DNA from: Chiloscyllium plagiosum
Lineage: Eukaryota
Reading direction: 5' to 3'
DNA: 64,000 nt
Assembly: GCF_004010195.1 (NCBI RefSeq)
Contig: NC_057749.1
Coordinates: 9,177,070-9,241,069 of the forward strand
In this document: positions 11,413 through 24,249 of the stretch, piece after piece
Layout of the letters: every line of letters begins with the position of its first letter
Position numbering within the stretch: position 1 is the first letter of the stretch
Notes under the pieces: model-generated
The model's database searches: none
Told to the model about the DNA's origin: nothing
The model's input: the letters and a program-made list of their open reading frames with translations, nothing else
Program-made: the position numbers and the translations under genes

Positions 11413-14400
11413 GGCAATATCGACATTTTCTATACTTGGAATAACATTTGCATTATCACATTCAAAAGAAAAGAGAGCAATCAACAGAAATTTGTCTTTA
11501 TTTAGATCTTTAGTTCCAGCAATGAGAAATCATGTACCTTCCAGAACACAGGACGGTATCTGCATCGAAAATTGAGACAACAGATTTACATTTTGTAAAT
11601 GTCAGTCAACACCAAAACAAAAACACATCCACAAAAAACTTCTTGGTCACAATCACTTAGAACCTCATAACTACAATAAACTGGTACAGCACAAGGGTGA
11701 TGTGCATTAGTTCTAGTGCTCAAGGTCCAGTGTTCAGGTAAACTGGACACATGCAGGAAGTACAGACAGGAGATACTGTGCAAATCAAAGTACATTGGTT
11801 TCAATACGATAAATTAACTACCACTAACAGCAGCCTGCTTTTGATTGTTATGGAAATTTTTGTTTATTCAAAAGATCACCACGTCACAATGTACCAGTCT
11901 ATTTAAGTGTACAGTTTGAAAAGCAACTTTGAACAAACATTAAACAGTTGTTTTTCCAAGAGCAACTGCAATATTAAAGAAGCAGGGAGAGGAACAAAAG
12001 CAGTATTCATGATCACTTGTACCTGCACAGTACAATATTTAACACTGCTGTAACACAAACTCCTCAAAGCTTGATTAATAGGAGCACTTCCACTGAGCAC
12101 ACGTGCAATTACCTGGAAAGAAGCTGGAGTTCCTGTTACCAATAAGTTTTTAGTGGTGCAGAGTGTGTCTGTAAGATTTGTAAACATAAAGGAAAATTAT
12201 GCATTAATGCTGAAATACTGTAAGAATCAAGTTTTGTAAGTTGTAGTGATCAAACAAGGCTTTCTAGGGAAATGCTGGGCTCCACAGACCTATTATGTTC
12301 ACTACTTGTTCCTAGCATGAATTTTGAAACTTATGTTCACAGTGAAGAGAGTTCTTTTTTTCTTAAATAAAGGATGTTTCACCAGTAATTGGCCACTGTA
12401 AAGACGACTGCTAGCAGCATTTCCCACCAAATTACATTGATTGTGCCATTAAGGTGTGGAATCACTTATAAACCTCTCACGCAGAGGGCAGGATTGTCAC
12501 CAAAACACAGACACCATTACTTCTGGTTGAACAAAACTTTTATAACTTGGTGAGCCACTTCCGATGGCTCTGCAGTCCGTCGAATAGTCATTCATTCCTC
12601 AGGAGCCTGCTGGAAAACAGCTGCCAATCTAGAATTCAAACTTGATCTCAATCATCCCACAGTAATTAGCAGAGGAGGATAACTAGGAATTAGTCAGAAG
12701 GAGAAAACTAAAAACTTATTTCTTGCCTGATTTTCCTCTACCCATCTGAATTAGCGAAGGAGGTGGAGGGCAAAACAAAAAGGCAATTAGCACGAGGTTA
12801 TTCAAGAGAACAGCATATGGCACTTTTAAACAGTCACTGAAGATGCAATGCACAGTCGCACACCCTTTTTTCTTTGTACATTTCAGACAGCAGGGCATCA
12901 TGGGGGTAACCCAAACACTAGTGTGGAGACGACACCCCCCCCCCCCACAAACCAAATAGATGGTGGGAACGAGTTAATGCATTTGAGAGCAAAAACAAAG
13001 TCAGACAAAAGACTGAAATATCTGACAATACAAGTTGTTTGTTATCTCCTTTTAATGCTGATCTGATACATTTCACTAAAAATAAACTATTTTGTTCACT
13101 TTCTAGATCTAAAATTACCGCTTCCAAACTTCCTGGCACCTCAAATCAGTGCTGTCATAACACAAAATGACCTGAAAGGTTGAGGATTCCCAAATTCTAT
13201 TCCGCTTGCCAGATTTATTGTTTTGTTAAATAAGCAAAGAAAAAATCCAGGCTTGTCTTCTTCCTCTCATTCTGCAAGGAACTCCACCACAGGGACTTGT
13301 TAAAACCCCTGTCTAAGGGGAAAAAAACACAACTATGTCCATATACAGGGCCATTATGTTAATCTGGAACAGGGAAGAAAGGAAATTCAGTGCTGTGGCA
13401 TTAGACCAGACAGCCAGTTAAAGTATAGGGTGGTATACATTGGAGAATGGCCCATGTTTTCTATCTGCCTGGAACAAAAGCACCAGGATGTTTGAATTCC
13501 GCTTGTCTGCTGTGAACAATCAGTAAAGGGTATGGAGGGCTCAGAGTTGTTGGAGTACTACTTAAAATAACACGACAGACCTGGCTTGCATTTTAACAGA
13601 GGCGGATACTCCATCACCGCCCTAAGTTTGGTTATAGTCACTGCCATGTTGTACAGTCTATTTTTTTAGCTTGTGAGAATCACTCTAGTGAAAATTAAAC
13701 GGTTTGAACAAAACATGTTATTTCGCTTTTTCAAAAATGGATAGGATTGACAAAGGCAGCCAATGCCCAAAGTCTAAGTGGCACAACACTTACATGCAGA
13801 AGCAACTTTCCAGAAATACAACATATCTGTTGCATTGAAAGTACACCTCTAGCACTATCGTGGTAGTTTGTTTCAGATATTCAAATGCCACTGCATTGTC
13901 CAAGCCCAGCATGTATATTCTCACTCACTTTGTGTCCCGTTTTACAAGTGATAAATTCATTTCCTGACATTTGTAGAAATGTACTTTGTAAGCAATGCTT
14001 ATCTACATTCTTTTGTCAATGAAAAATATGCACAAACGTTTTGTCCTTTTATACACTGCCGTCGTAATATTGCACAATGACTGCATAAGATGCGCCTGCC
14101 GTGGCCTGAAAGAAAACTCTATTGTTCAACTCGAAGCTCAAATAACATCACAACAGCAAGTAAATGTTCCTCAATGAGCCGAAACCCTGCAGTCACAAAG
14201 AATTGGATGCCCTGAAAAATGGGTATATTGCTGATGTTGCATCAAATCTGAACAGGAGAGTTAAATATCACTGAAGCCAACTGAATCACATTAAACCAGG
14301 TCCTCCACCAAAGTGATCACAGCAGGGGTTCAATGTTATTTCAGGCCGTTTAGTGATGCCCAGCATCTAAACCCTTTGCCTTCTTCCATATGCACTGCTT

Positions 14401-16253
14401 GAACAAAAACAGCCCTCCTCCAAAATGAAACCAAAGGTATATCAGGTAAACAAAAAGTTAGAATTAGCTTAATTCTTTGCAATGGCTTGATTCAAGCTAC
14501 TGAACAAATTTTACTGGCCACTATTGCTCAAAGCAGAGGGAAGCATGCAACGCTGTAGATTCCATTGAAGAATTAAACTGTTTCAAAGCACTATCACATT
14601 GTGTAGGCAGCCAGACTCTTCGGAGTTGCACAAAAAATAATTTTTGCCTTATTCTAACAAACATCTGGGCAAATAGTAAAGCACAGAGATCTTTCATGTA
14701 CTATAGGAAGCAGCTTCCAGAGGCTTCAGTAGAACTTTAAATAATTACAGTTGAAGATAAATGCTTGCAAATTAAAAAATCTTATTCAGCCTCTGAGAAC
14801 AGTGATAAATGCATTATTGTCAACTCTCACCAACTGTGAGGAACACTGCAGAGGGAAGACTAAAGGAGCACCTTCAAGGAAATATTCTAATTCTCTCATT
14901 ACCAGAACATGGTCAGCAGTGAAGGTGCAATGTATTTCTGTCTCCAAAAAAGAATTTAAGCCATGGATGATGCAGTCACAAAACTGCATTTGAATAATGA
15001 TCTCTAATCAATGGGCATGAGTAAACTGAGTTCTCCGCAATTACTGTCCTATCTCTAGCTCCAGTGTTTTCCAGTGATCAAATAAGATTGTCCAAGCAAT
15101 AAACAAGATGGGGAATGAAATACTGGGAGCTGAGGAACAAAGTATTTATCTACACAAGAACAGATACACATTTCAATTGGAACCTTGGACACTGTTTGAC
15201 TGACCAACTCGGATCACATTGGAAAACCAAATGGCAGCCAAGTCAAAAATAATGATACCAACTTTGTCTATTATCCTAGAAAAGAATGGAACACAATATA
15301 ACCAAAGCCTAAACTGGAGGGTTGGTGGCAGTGGATATCTCTACCAATTTTTTTTTTTTAAAAACAGGAGTGAAAATAACAAGCAAAACTCCCACCCCAC
15401 TTTGGTCAGTTTAGTTCAAATGCTCATCTATGATACCAGAAAATATGTTTTCTACACTACTCTGGTCATGCATTAAAAAGCAATTAGAAATACTTCAACA
15501 CATCAGGAGCACAAGGAGGAGGTGTTCATTCAGCTGGCTCCAGTTCACTGCATTACCTAGCGAAAGCTTTTGGAGCTCAATTCCAAGCTAACCCACATAT
15601 TGAGGTTCTGCTCAACTTTCAATACAATATTGACACTCCTTTTTCACTATCTTACTTCTTCCCAGCAGTTGTATTTATCAGTCGGATTTTCGCCAGTGCT
15701 TTTGCCTGGAATACAAATATCCAGGTGCCAAAAGTTCCCAATTCACGACTGGCTTTAAAATAAAAAATCTACTGATCTAATGGTCCCCAATTGTTCTGTG
15801 AGCACATGAGATTATTTTAAATAATGAGGTTGGCAAACAAATCAAGAGCCCTACTTAACTTATTTCTTCAACTGGTAGGTTAAAGAACTTAATACTTGAC
15901 AATATAAAACAAAAACATTCAGTACAATGGACCCATCTAAAACTCAACATTAATAAGGCATGCACCTTGCTCAATGTAAGACATGGCAGTCCATTCCATT
16001 CAGAACAGTATCACATTAAATAGAAATTTGAACCTATCATTGGCAAAATGGAGCTGACATATTGTTTGATGCTCTTGTATTTATGCTTTTTTGAAGTGGG
16101 GGGGGGGGTGGGTGGCGATATGGAGCATGTCTATGGGAACTACTGAAACTGTCACAACTTCAAGCATCCATCAGCCATTAAGTTCAGGAAAGCAGAAGGC
16201 CCTTTATAACTACCCAAACTGGGTCACCACAGGGGCTGCTCTTAAGCCTTGGC

Positions 16254-16269
16254 TGCACAAGGGGGCGCC
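16254..16269 (+). promoter_or_regulatory. CTCF-like motif
   Basis: TGCACAAGGGGGCGCC resembles the CTCF core. Motif match only. Confidence 0.35.
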
Positions 16270-16947
16270 ATTAGTTCACGTTAAGGATCACAATTACAGG
16301 CATTTTTGATATTCTGCAAATATTGCGTTTCACCACAAATAAAAACATTTAAGCTTCATGAAAAACCACAAGGTTTGAAAACATTGTCTTAAGCCGTCTG
16401 CTCATGGGAAAAAAAAACCAAGAGTGATCATTTCTAAATGGTGCATAGAATTTAAAGGAAACCACAAGTGTGATAGTTACTGCATTTCTTAATGAACATC
16501 TTTCTACTTCAAAGAAGTTCTCAGCAGTTGCCACCCCCTCTCAGAAAAAACTGGTTGAATAGCAAAAATACTATTCTACACGGGCAAACTCATTCATGAG
16601 TGGGTGCCCATTTCAACCCTGCCTATAAAGAAAGTCTTGAATGTCACAAACAATACCATGCACAGCCTTCACAGTAAAGGCACAGTAATGCGCACGGGGA
16701 CAAGGCAAAACTGCAAACCAGCAGTAACCTTTGGTGCTGTCACCCCTTAGCAGATCGTGGTACGGCACCAGTCGCAACAGGACACTTGTGATGTTTCTCT
16801 GCTTCATAAACCATTTCCTGCAACTTTATTATTGAAATCCAAGTGAGTTGTCCATTAAGGCTTGTAACGCTTCTCCATATTCTTCTCCGCAGGTTGCTGA
16901 GCTGTTTTATGGCCTGCACGGTTATCCTCTAGTGTATTAAGCCACCA

Positions 16948-17282
16948 CTACGCACAATGCAAAGGAATGACAAACTTGCAACCAAAAGGTGAGTGATAGG
17001 AGATTCCCACTTCCTGGAAAACCTTTTTTGGTATCCCAATATCACAGAGATAGACCCTGCCAGCACTTTCCCCCAGTGGCAAAGGCAGGCCCACGGCTAG
17101 AGACCACTTGGCATCAATGACATGCTCCAATTCGCCCACAGGTGGGTCAATGCTCAACACCGGAGCTCGATTCTGGTTGGCCCATTCGACTGCTGCTCTG
17201 TACCATGGCTGCTCGCGAAGAAACGGGTTCTCGTGGCAGTCAAGACAATTGATCACCAAGTCAACAGGAGTGTCAGGCAAGT
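16948..17282 (-). CDS. EDC3: EDC3 last coding exon (335 nt including TAG stop)
   Basis: Translates (D)LPDTPVDLVINCLDCHENPFLREQPWY...LCDIGIPKKVFQEVGISYHSPFGCKFVIPLHCA*, the EDC3 C-terminus. Acceptor cttccag|AC, stop at 16948-16950. Confidence 0.97.
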
Positions 17283-17594
17283 CTGGAAGTTTAGCAAGCA
17301 AAAAGAAAACGTTACTTGAGAAAGATATAGGAAATAATTTTGAATGCAAATACCTCCTTGTGTCAAGTCTAAAATTTAATGTTGAAATCTGCTTCACTAT
17401 ATTTGGGAAAAAGTGGAAACTGGGAAATGGCAACCAAGTTGGCAGGTGCTGGATGAACAGGCAAGATAGATCTGGACCTAGAATCAAAGTAAATTTGGAT
17501 CTAGTACCAAGGTCTAGCAATAATATAACTCGGCCATCATCTCCCCCTTCGCCTCTCTATTATAAAATAGACAGTGAGTGTAGAGTTATATAAC

Positions 17595-17935
17595 TGTGTT
17601 GCAGTACGGCAGAGCCCCACAGTGTGCAGTCTTCCATCTTAGATATCAATCCTCTGCCTGCACAGGTGAATATACAAGATCCTACAGCATTACCTGAAGA
17701 ATAGCAGGCAGTTCTTTCCAGTGCCTTGGCCAATATTTATCTCCCAATCAGCATATAAGCATTTTTTAAAATTGGTGGTCATCAGATTGCTAATTAAAGG
17801 ACTTTGGTATGTACAAACTGGCTGTCAGATTTCTCTGTAATATAATAGAAACATTTTAAAAAGCAGTCAATTTGGCTCAGAAGCACTTTGGCGCACCTGG
17901 AAAGTCAGAGCAGGCATGATATGGCTAATTTTCTT
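17595..17935 (+). mobile_element. Ancient Deu-domain SINE (SacSINE1/AmnSINE1-like)
   Basis: aagatcctacagcatt...gttctttccagtgccttggccaatatttatc resembles the Deu core as I recall it. Confidence 0.5.
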
Positions 17936-18982
17936 TCATTCTTCTCTGCAAAGGGTAGTTTTAGCTGACAACCATCTCATACATAACGTGTCTCAATTTA
18001 AACACAGTTGAAAATCTTACAGTGTGCAAATCACCAAGAAACTTTAAATGATAAGAGGTTCACATTGAAGGAACACTTAATAAAGTTCAAGCGATGGAGT
18101 TCCTCATCAAAAAAAAATCCCTTTCCATTTCTAAGAACTGTATCCATGCCTTGGGGTATATACTGGTGTCAATCAGAAATGGAATCCATTTATGTGCCAA
18201 GCTATAAGCATTCGCAACAGGTGGGCAAAAAACTGTGCCAAAGGCAAGATTAATGTTTCTGATTAACATCTACTGATTGAGGGTTGCAATGCTTTTGAGA
18301 TCTTAGCGTGAGAATGAAATAGAGTTTAAGAGCCCTCAGGCGTGAGCAGTTGAGACTGTGGTTGAATGAAACTGCATTTGCTAGGAGCCAACACATTCTC
18401 CTCTCCCAGAATCCAAGCTGGAACATGACTTGGCCATCGTACCCTGATTGCATTCTTTTGAGAGCCATTTCCTAAATGACCTTAAACCGGAGGTGCAATT
18501 CTTTTAGGAACCAAGGGCATGATGTTATAAATGGCTTCCAAAACTTAAATCAATTTTAACCCTTTATGAATGTTACAGAATATTTAGCAAAGCAACTCTT
18601 AAAAAGGAACAGCATAAAAATACTAAATGACTAATAGAAAAGACTTTCTCCTCTAAGCTCAAATCACATTAACAACAGCTATTTATGGTGAGGTGAAAAA
18701 ATTATCAATGGTGCAAATGAGAAGATTGATTTTAAACAGGAGGAAAGAGAGCACTGGACGAGGACGATACAAAGATTTGCAAGTGACAGTGTCTTTTCAC
18801 TAGGGAGGGAGAAAAAAGGCATCAAACTGGATCTCTATTCATTGTTGGGAGCTGTGAAGGGGGGTGGTGGTGGTGGTGGTAGTGGTTGGGTAGAGGGTGG
18901 AGGAGAAACTGCAGAGATCCACCAGGAATGAGAAAAGGAAAATGCCAGCAGAACAGTAAACTGCCCACAGAGAAAACAGGAA

Positions 18983-19290
18983 ATTAGATTAGATTCCCTA
19001 CAGTACGGAAACAGGCCCTGTGGCCCAACAAGTCCACACCAACTCTCCGAAGAGTAACCCACCCAGACCCATTTTCCTCTGACAATGCACCTAGCACTAT
19101 GGACAATTTAGCAGGGCCAATTCACCTAACCTCCACATCTTTGGACTGTGGGAGGAAACCGGAGCATCCAGAGGAAACCCAAGCAGATACTGGGAGAATA
19201 TGCAAACTCCACACAGACAGTCGCCCGAGGCTGGAATCGACCCTGGTGCTGTGAGGCAGCAGTGAGAACCACTGAGCCACCGTGCTGCCC
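18983..19290 (-). mobile_element. HE1-like SINE
   Basis: (attag)n tail and reverse-complement head ccactgagccaccgtgctgccc. Confidence 0.9.
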
Positions 19291-19439
19291 ATTATTCACA
19301 GATCTAAACAGCTGGTTAAATGAAGAGCAATGCTGAACCAGGATTTGACTGTTTTAGATAGGTTTCAGTGTAACTCAAAAGAAATCACTGTAATGCAAGA
19401 GGTGGCTATTTAGCAACCAACAACCTTCTTGTCAAAAGT

Positions 19440-20430
19440 TTTTTTTTTTTTTAAGAACAGCACCGTTCAGAATGCCAACCTAAACCAATGGATCAGTCTT
19501 GAGATTATTTACAATATCTATTAATTACTTGGATGAGGAAAGTGAATGCACTCAGTCATGTTTGTGGACGACAAAGTAGGTGGGAAGGCAAATGGTGAGG
19601 ATGACAGTTTGCAGAGGAATACACACAGGTTTAATGAAGAGGCTGAAACTTGTCAGTTGACCTATAATGTGGGAAAATGGAAGTTTTCACTTTGGCAGGA
19701 AGAATAGAAGAGTTGGATATTATTGAAACGGACAAGACTGCAGAAACTTAAAGCACAAAGAGATTTGGCAGCATTCATGCATACATAAAAAGCTAGAATC
19801 CAAATTTAGAAGAAAACAGGGAGGGAAAATGGAAAGTTGGTCTATGTTTCAAAGGGAATGGAGTATAAACATGTAGAGGTTTTGCTTAATCTACACAGGG
19901 CACCAGTTAGATCACACCTGAAATACTGTGAACAGTTTTGGTCCCCTTATCCAATAGACTGTCACTGGAGGTAGTTCAGAGATGCTCACTGGGTTGATCC
20001 TGGCTAGGGAGGAGTTGGGCATGCATTTATTGAGTTCACAGAAACGAGGGGTGACCTTATTGAAACATACAAGATTCTTAAGGAACTTGACAGGGTAGAC
20101 ATGGACAGGTTGTTTCCCTTTGTGGTACAATTGAAGACCAAAGGTCACAATCTGCGCAAGGAGAAATCGATTTAAAACAGATGCGAAGAAATTTCTTCTA
20201 AGAGGGCAGTAAATCTGTGGAATTTTTTTAATCATATAGGACTGTCACGGCTGGGTTGTTAAGCATAATCAAGGCGGAGATAGATTTTTAATCAGTAAGG
20301 AAATCAAGGGTTAATGGGGAAAAGGCAGGAAAGTGGAGTTCAGGATTATCAGGTCAGCAATTATTTGATTGAATAATGGATCAGACTCAATGGGTTGAAT
20401 TACCTACTTTTAATCCTCGGTCTTATGATC
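19440..20430 (+). mobile_element. Old CR1-clade LINE 3' portion
   Basis: Degenerate FVDDK and HLKYCEQFWSPY motifs. Tail ggtcttatgatctt. Confidence 0.8.
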
Positions 20431-21180
20431 TTGTAATACTGATTAATTAACCCTCTACAGACATAACGGTACAGATTTTCTGATTGCCAGTCAGTCAATA
20501 CTGCAGTGTAGTCGGGAGTTGCATATGGGAATACTGCAGAATCTCCATCAAAGCAGCCACTACATCTTGAATCCTCCAGGAGTCTCCATTTAAATCAGAG
20601 ACTTGAGCTCAGCTGAAATTACTCAGGAAATGTTAAACTGTTGAATACATCGTCTAACTCCCAAGTATTCAACTGACCCCAAACTTACCTCTCACACCCC
20701 CACCCTCAAATATACCTCCCCCAAATCATTTAACCCACCAATCAATCCCTAAACCAAAATCCCCGGCCCCATTTTGCACCCTATCATCCCTACTCTCCCA
20801 GCACCCTAACCAGAGAAGAATTGTGAATCAGCAAGATTTGATGTATATTTTATACTGCCAGACCATTGATCTAGCATAGACAGCTCCTGAAATGTAAATC
20901 TGGGGGCAGAGACTAATACCCTGAAGAAATCTATCAAATTTTCTTTGGCGAAACCCATACATCTGGAATTGATGACAGAAATAGTGCAGAGAGCTCAAGA
21001 TAAAAGCAGCTGCACTCTGTTAAGTGCTCAAATTTAGGACATTTGAAGGTATGAAGTACATGTGTTAATTTATCCAAGCAAGCTCTGGAAACCTCTCATG
21101 CATCATCGGCACCAGTGAGCTGAGGGAACAATTACATCTGTAATCAGCTTAGTCCAACCAGCAGTTGTAGGCCCGTATTA

Positions 21181-21380
21181 GGCAAAAGTGAGGACTGCAG
21201 ATGATGGAAACCAGAGTTTAGATTAGAGTGGTGCTGGAAAAGCACAGCAGGTCAGGCAGCATCCGAGGAGCAGGAAAATCGGGGTATCGGGCAAAAGCCC
21301 TGTTTTGCCCGAAACATCTATTTTCCTACTCCTCGGCTGCTGCCTGACCTGCTGTGCTTTATCAACACCACTCTAATCTA
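21181..21380. mobile_element. Fold-back PLE terminus (two inverted pLTR arms)
   Basis: Arms ~21219-21298 and ~21303-21380 are reverse complements. The 3' tail is on one arm only. Degenerate TSD taggcccgtattagg / taggctgtattagg. Confidence 0.85.
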
Positions 21381-22167
21381 GGCTGTATTAGGTTGTATTT
21401 CACATGATCTGCAAATATCGCTAAGTGCTCTGGACAGATGCAGCTTGCCTTTGAGGATATTTAAGAGACCTGCAATCATGAAAATTAAATATTAAAATAT
21501 TTAATTTGAAAAGGCAAGTGATTAATGCTGTTGACACCAATTCAGAGAATACAATTGCACGGGGCTGACATTCAGTACGCGATTCTTCCAAACTTCAACA
21601 TTTTAAAGAGACTTCAGTTCACATTATAAAATTAATTACTTGGAAGCATACGGGTTTGCTAATTGGGAAATATATAAGTCATTTTTCACACAGATTAATT
21701 CAACAAACAGGCATCAAGTTAATGGTCAGTTAATCTTTTCCCTTCAGTTTCAACAACGTAGCACTTCTTCTGTACTATGCTGGGGTTTCAGGCTAGATTG
21801 CATACTCAAGTTCTGGAAAGGGACTTGAAGCAGCCATTTGGCTGCTGCCAGAAGCAGACTCCAAAAACTAATTATAATTATCTTACATGTGCCTGGTGAA
21901 TTTACCATCCAAACCACCAAAATAAAAGTTTAGAATTAAAATAAGTAGGACCTTAGCCAAGGCCTGATTACTTATATGGCAGAAAGTAAATAGATGCAAT
22001 CCCATGCAGTGAAGATCTCCAATTAGTGCATGCGCTTTGTGATAGGCTTCTCAAAAACTAAGTTCAAGGCTGGGCTGGTATTCAGTACCTTTACACACAC
22101 AGATTCATGTACCACAATAAATAAATAGGGCATAAAACAAAATTATACAAGCTTGATGATGACGCAC

Positions 22168-22385
22168 CTTTCACACTGGCCACTTGTTTGCTTTCTGTCT
22201 TGCTGAAGAGTTGCAGCTCAGTGGTGATACACTCCAGCATCTTCACAAAGTTAGGCAGGAACAGGATAACTTGTACCTGGTGGTTGGCAAGGTGGCGGCC
22301 ACAGCTGATCCCCTGAGCGCCCTTCACATGTGGTCCACACAACAAAGCAACGGTTGGACGCTGGTGAACATTCTTGGGGTTTAAC
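22168..22385 (-). CDS. EDC3: EDC3 penultimate coding exon (218 nt), YjeF-N domain
   Basis: Translates (R)LNPKNVHQRPTVALLCGPHVKGAQGISCGRHLANHQVQVILFLPNFVKMLECITTELQLFSKTESKQVASVK. Acceptor ttcaag|G, donor AAG|gtgcgt. Enters in phase 2 and exits in phase 1, consistent with both neighbours. Confidence 0.96.
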
Positions 22386-22488
22386 CTTGAATATAAATAC
22401 CTTGATTTAACTTTTAAGCAAAACCAGACTTGCAATCACATTAAAGTATTGCATGACATACAAAAAATGACAACTATCTGAAGACCAA

Positions 22489-22491
<3 letters not shown>

Positions 22492-22529
<38 letters not shown>

Positions 22530-22564
22530 TGAGAGTGTGTGTGTGTGTGTGTGTGCGCGCGCGC
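22492..22564. repeat. Compound microsatellite (AG)n(GT)n(GC)n
   Basis: Read directly from the sequence. Confidence 0.97.
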
Positions 22565-24249
22565 TTGGGGGCAGGGGAGAAGAAACAGAGGGACTGCTAG
22601 TAGGCGAATAATCCAACAAGCTAAAGGTCATGACTGACAGGATGACGCATATCGATTCAATGGTAACCATCAAAATGGGGGAATGGAACAAATAACTGAT
22701 GTAAATGATGACAGGGATATGTTGAAATGCTGTTTTCCGGACAGGGGGAGAGAGACTGACTGAATTTATCAGACAGACTGGCCGATCTGAATGACCCCCT
22801 TTTGTGCTAAACTAACGTACACTTCTGTGTGTTTCAGGACCTCTACTTAACGAAGACCAAATATATCAAGGCCAAATGATTACAATGGATTCATGGAACT
22901 TGCACTGCAGCAGTAGTCCACTTTCCCCATGAAAGTCAGCAGCTTCAACCATTGCCATACAGGCAAGTGTTACTCTTTCAGAAAACACAAGGTTTACAGA
23001 GCTAATTCTGAAATTCACTGATGTATAAAAGATTGTATCTTTCGAATGTTCAAAATGTTCTAAATGTCAAAGCATTTGATAAACGTTCCACACATGTGCA
23101 TAGTCTCAATAAAGGATCCAATGTTACTGAGTAGATTGAGGGGGCCACCAATGATGTACAAATAGACAAAAACAAGGCAGCAAAAAAAAAGTCATTGTTA
23201 CTCCCAACCCCAAAAGTTAATCATAAACTGACAGGATCTCCCATTATTTGGAATTCTGATATGTTTGAGTCCCACACCCAATGAGGAAATTGCCCATTAA
23301 AACATCCTGCACCATATAAAACCATTTCCTTCGACCCAGTCCCAACAGGCAGCAAATCACAATTGGAAGAAATTAATATTTGCTAGTGCCAGCTCATGCC
23401 CTGCATTAAAAGAATTTGGAATATTAGTCCTGCCCCTTTTTCTTTTTTAAAACGTTTGACATCAGAATCAGCACACAAATCTGAGACTGTGCTGTTTTTG
23501 TACTGGGTTTGGTGAAGGTGATCAACTAACTTCAAAAATACAGCTCTCACGCAGTCTTTTTGTGTCCTTGTGACCGAAACCAAGAAGGATTGCATGCTTG
23601 GGACCAGCGTAATGAGCGTTAAAGCTAAGGATGGTTGTATACAGAATGCTCTGAACAGCTAGTGTGACAAGTATGTCACACACCACCAGGGACAATGACA
23701 GTATCTCATGTGGAAGCATAAACTAGAGATAGCATTAAGTGGAAAAAGTTGGCCAGAAAGAAACCAAATGCAGTCATGCCAACTGAACAAGGTACTTTAA
23801 AGTGGAAGTAAGGTAATCCTTCACTGAGGCATGGGCATCTGTAATGATCATTTTGAGGGTAGAAGGATTGAATTTATTTTTGGTGTTTGTAATTTCACAG
23901 CGTCAAAATGTTCTTAAAAACAAAATGGTTTGTGTATTTTGTTTTATCACGTGTAATAAACTTTGATATTCTTCTGATAAATGTACACTGGCAGCCTCTT
24001 ATATGTTCAGCGATCAACCAGTACAGTAACAAAATGGCAAAATTAAACTGTCGGTTGATTAAGTCAGGTTTCACTCTGGAATATGACTTGTCCAGTATTA
24101 CTATCAGCTGGGGTCACTATACAACCCTCAAGGTGATGGAGGGGTCATCAGCAAGTCACACTCAACAAATATCACTGCTGACGCTCAGGTTGGGCCCTGC
24201 CAAGACAACATTATAGCCTAGGTTCAAACTGCTCTTGACACAAAAGCCT

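Larger units (their letters stand above)
11390..16947 (-). other. EDC3: Probable long EDC3 3' UTR
   Basis: Follows the stop codon and contains no recognisable transposon, unlike the flanks. Minus-strand AATAAA hexamers include 16825-16830, 13214-13219, 11863-11868, 11497-11502 and 11407-11412. The end point is inferred. Confidence 0.55.

Noticed and set aside
17283..17593. N-terminal extension of the 190 aa ORF and the antisense 161 aa ORF
   Set aside because: The extension is intronic read-through upstream of the acceptor at 17283-17284, and the plus-strand ORF is the antisense shadow of the exon.
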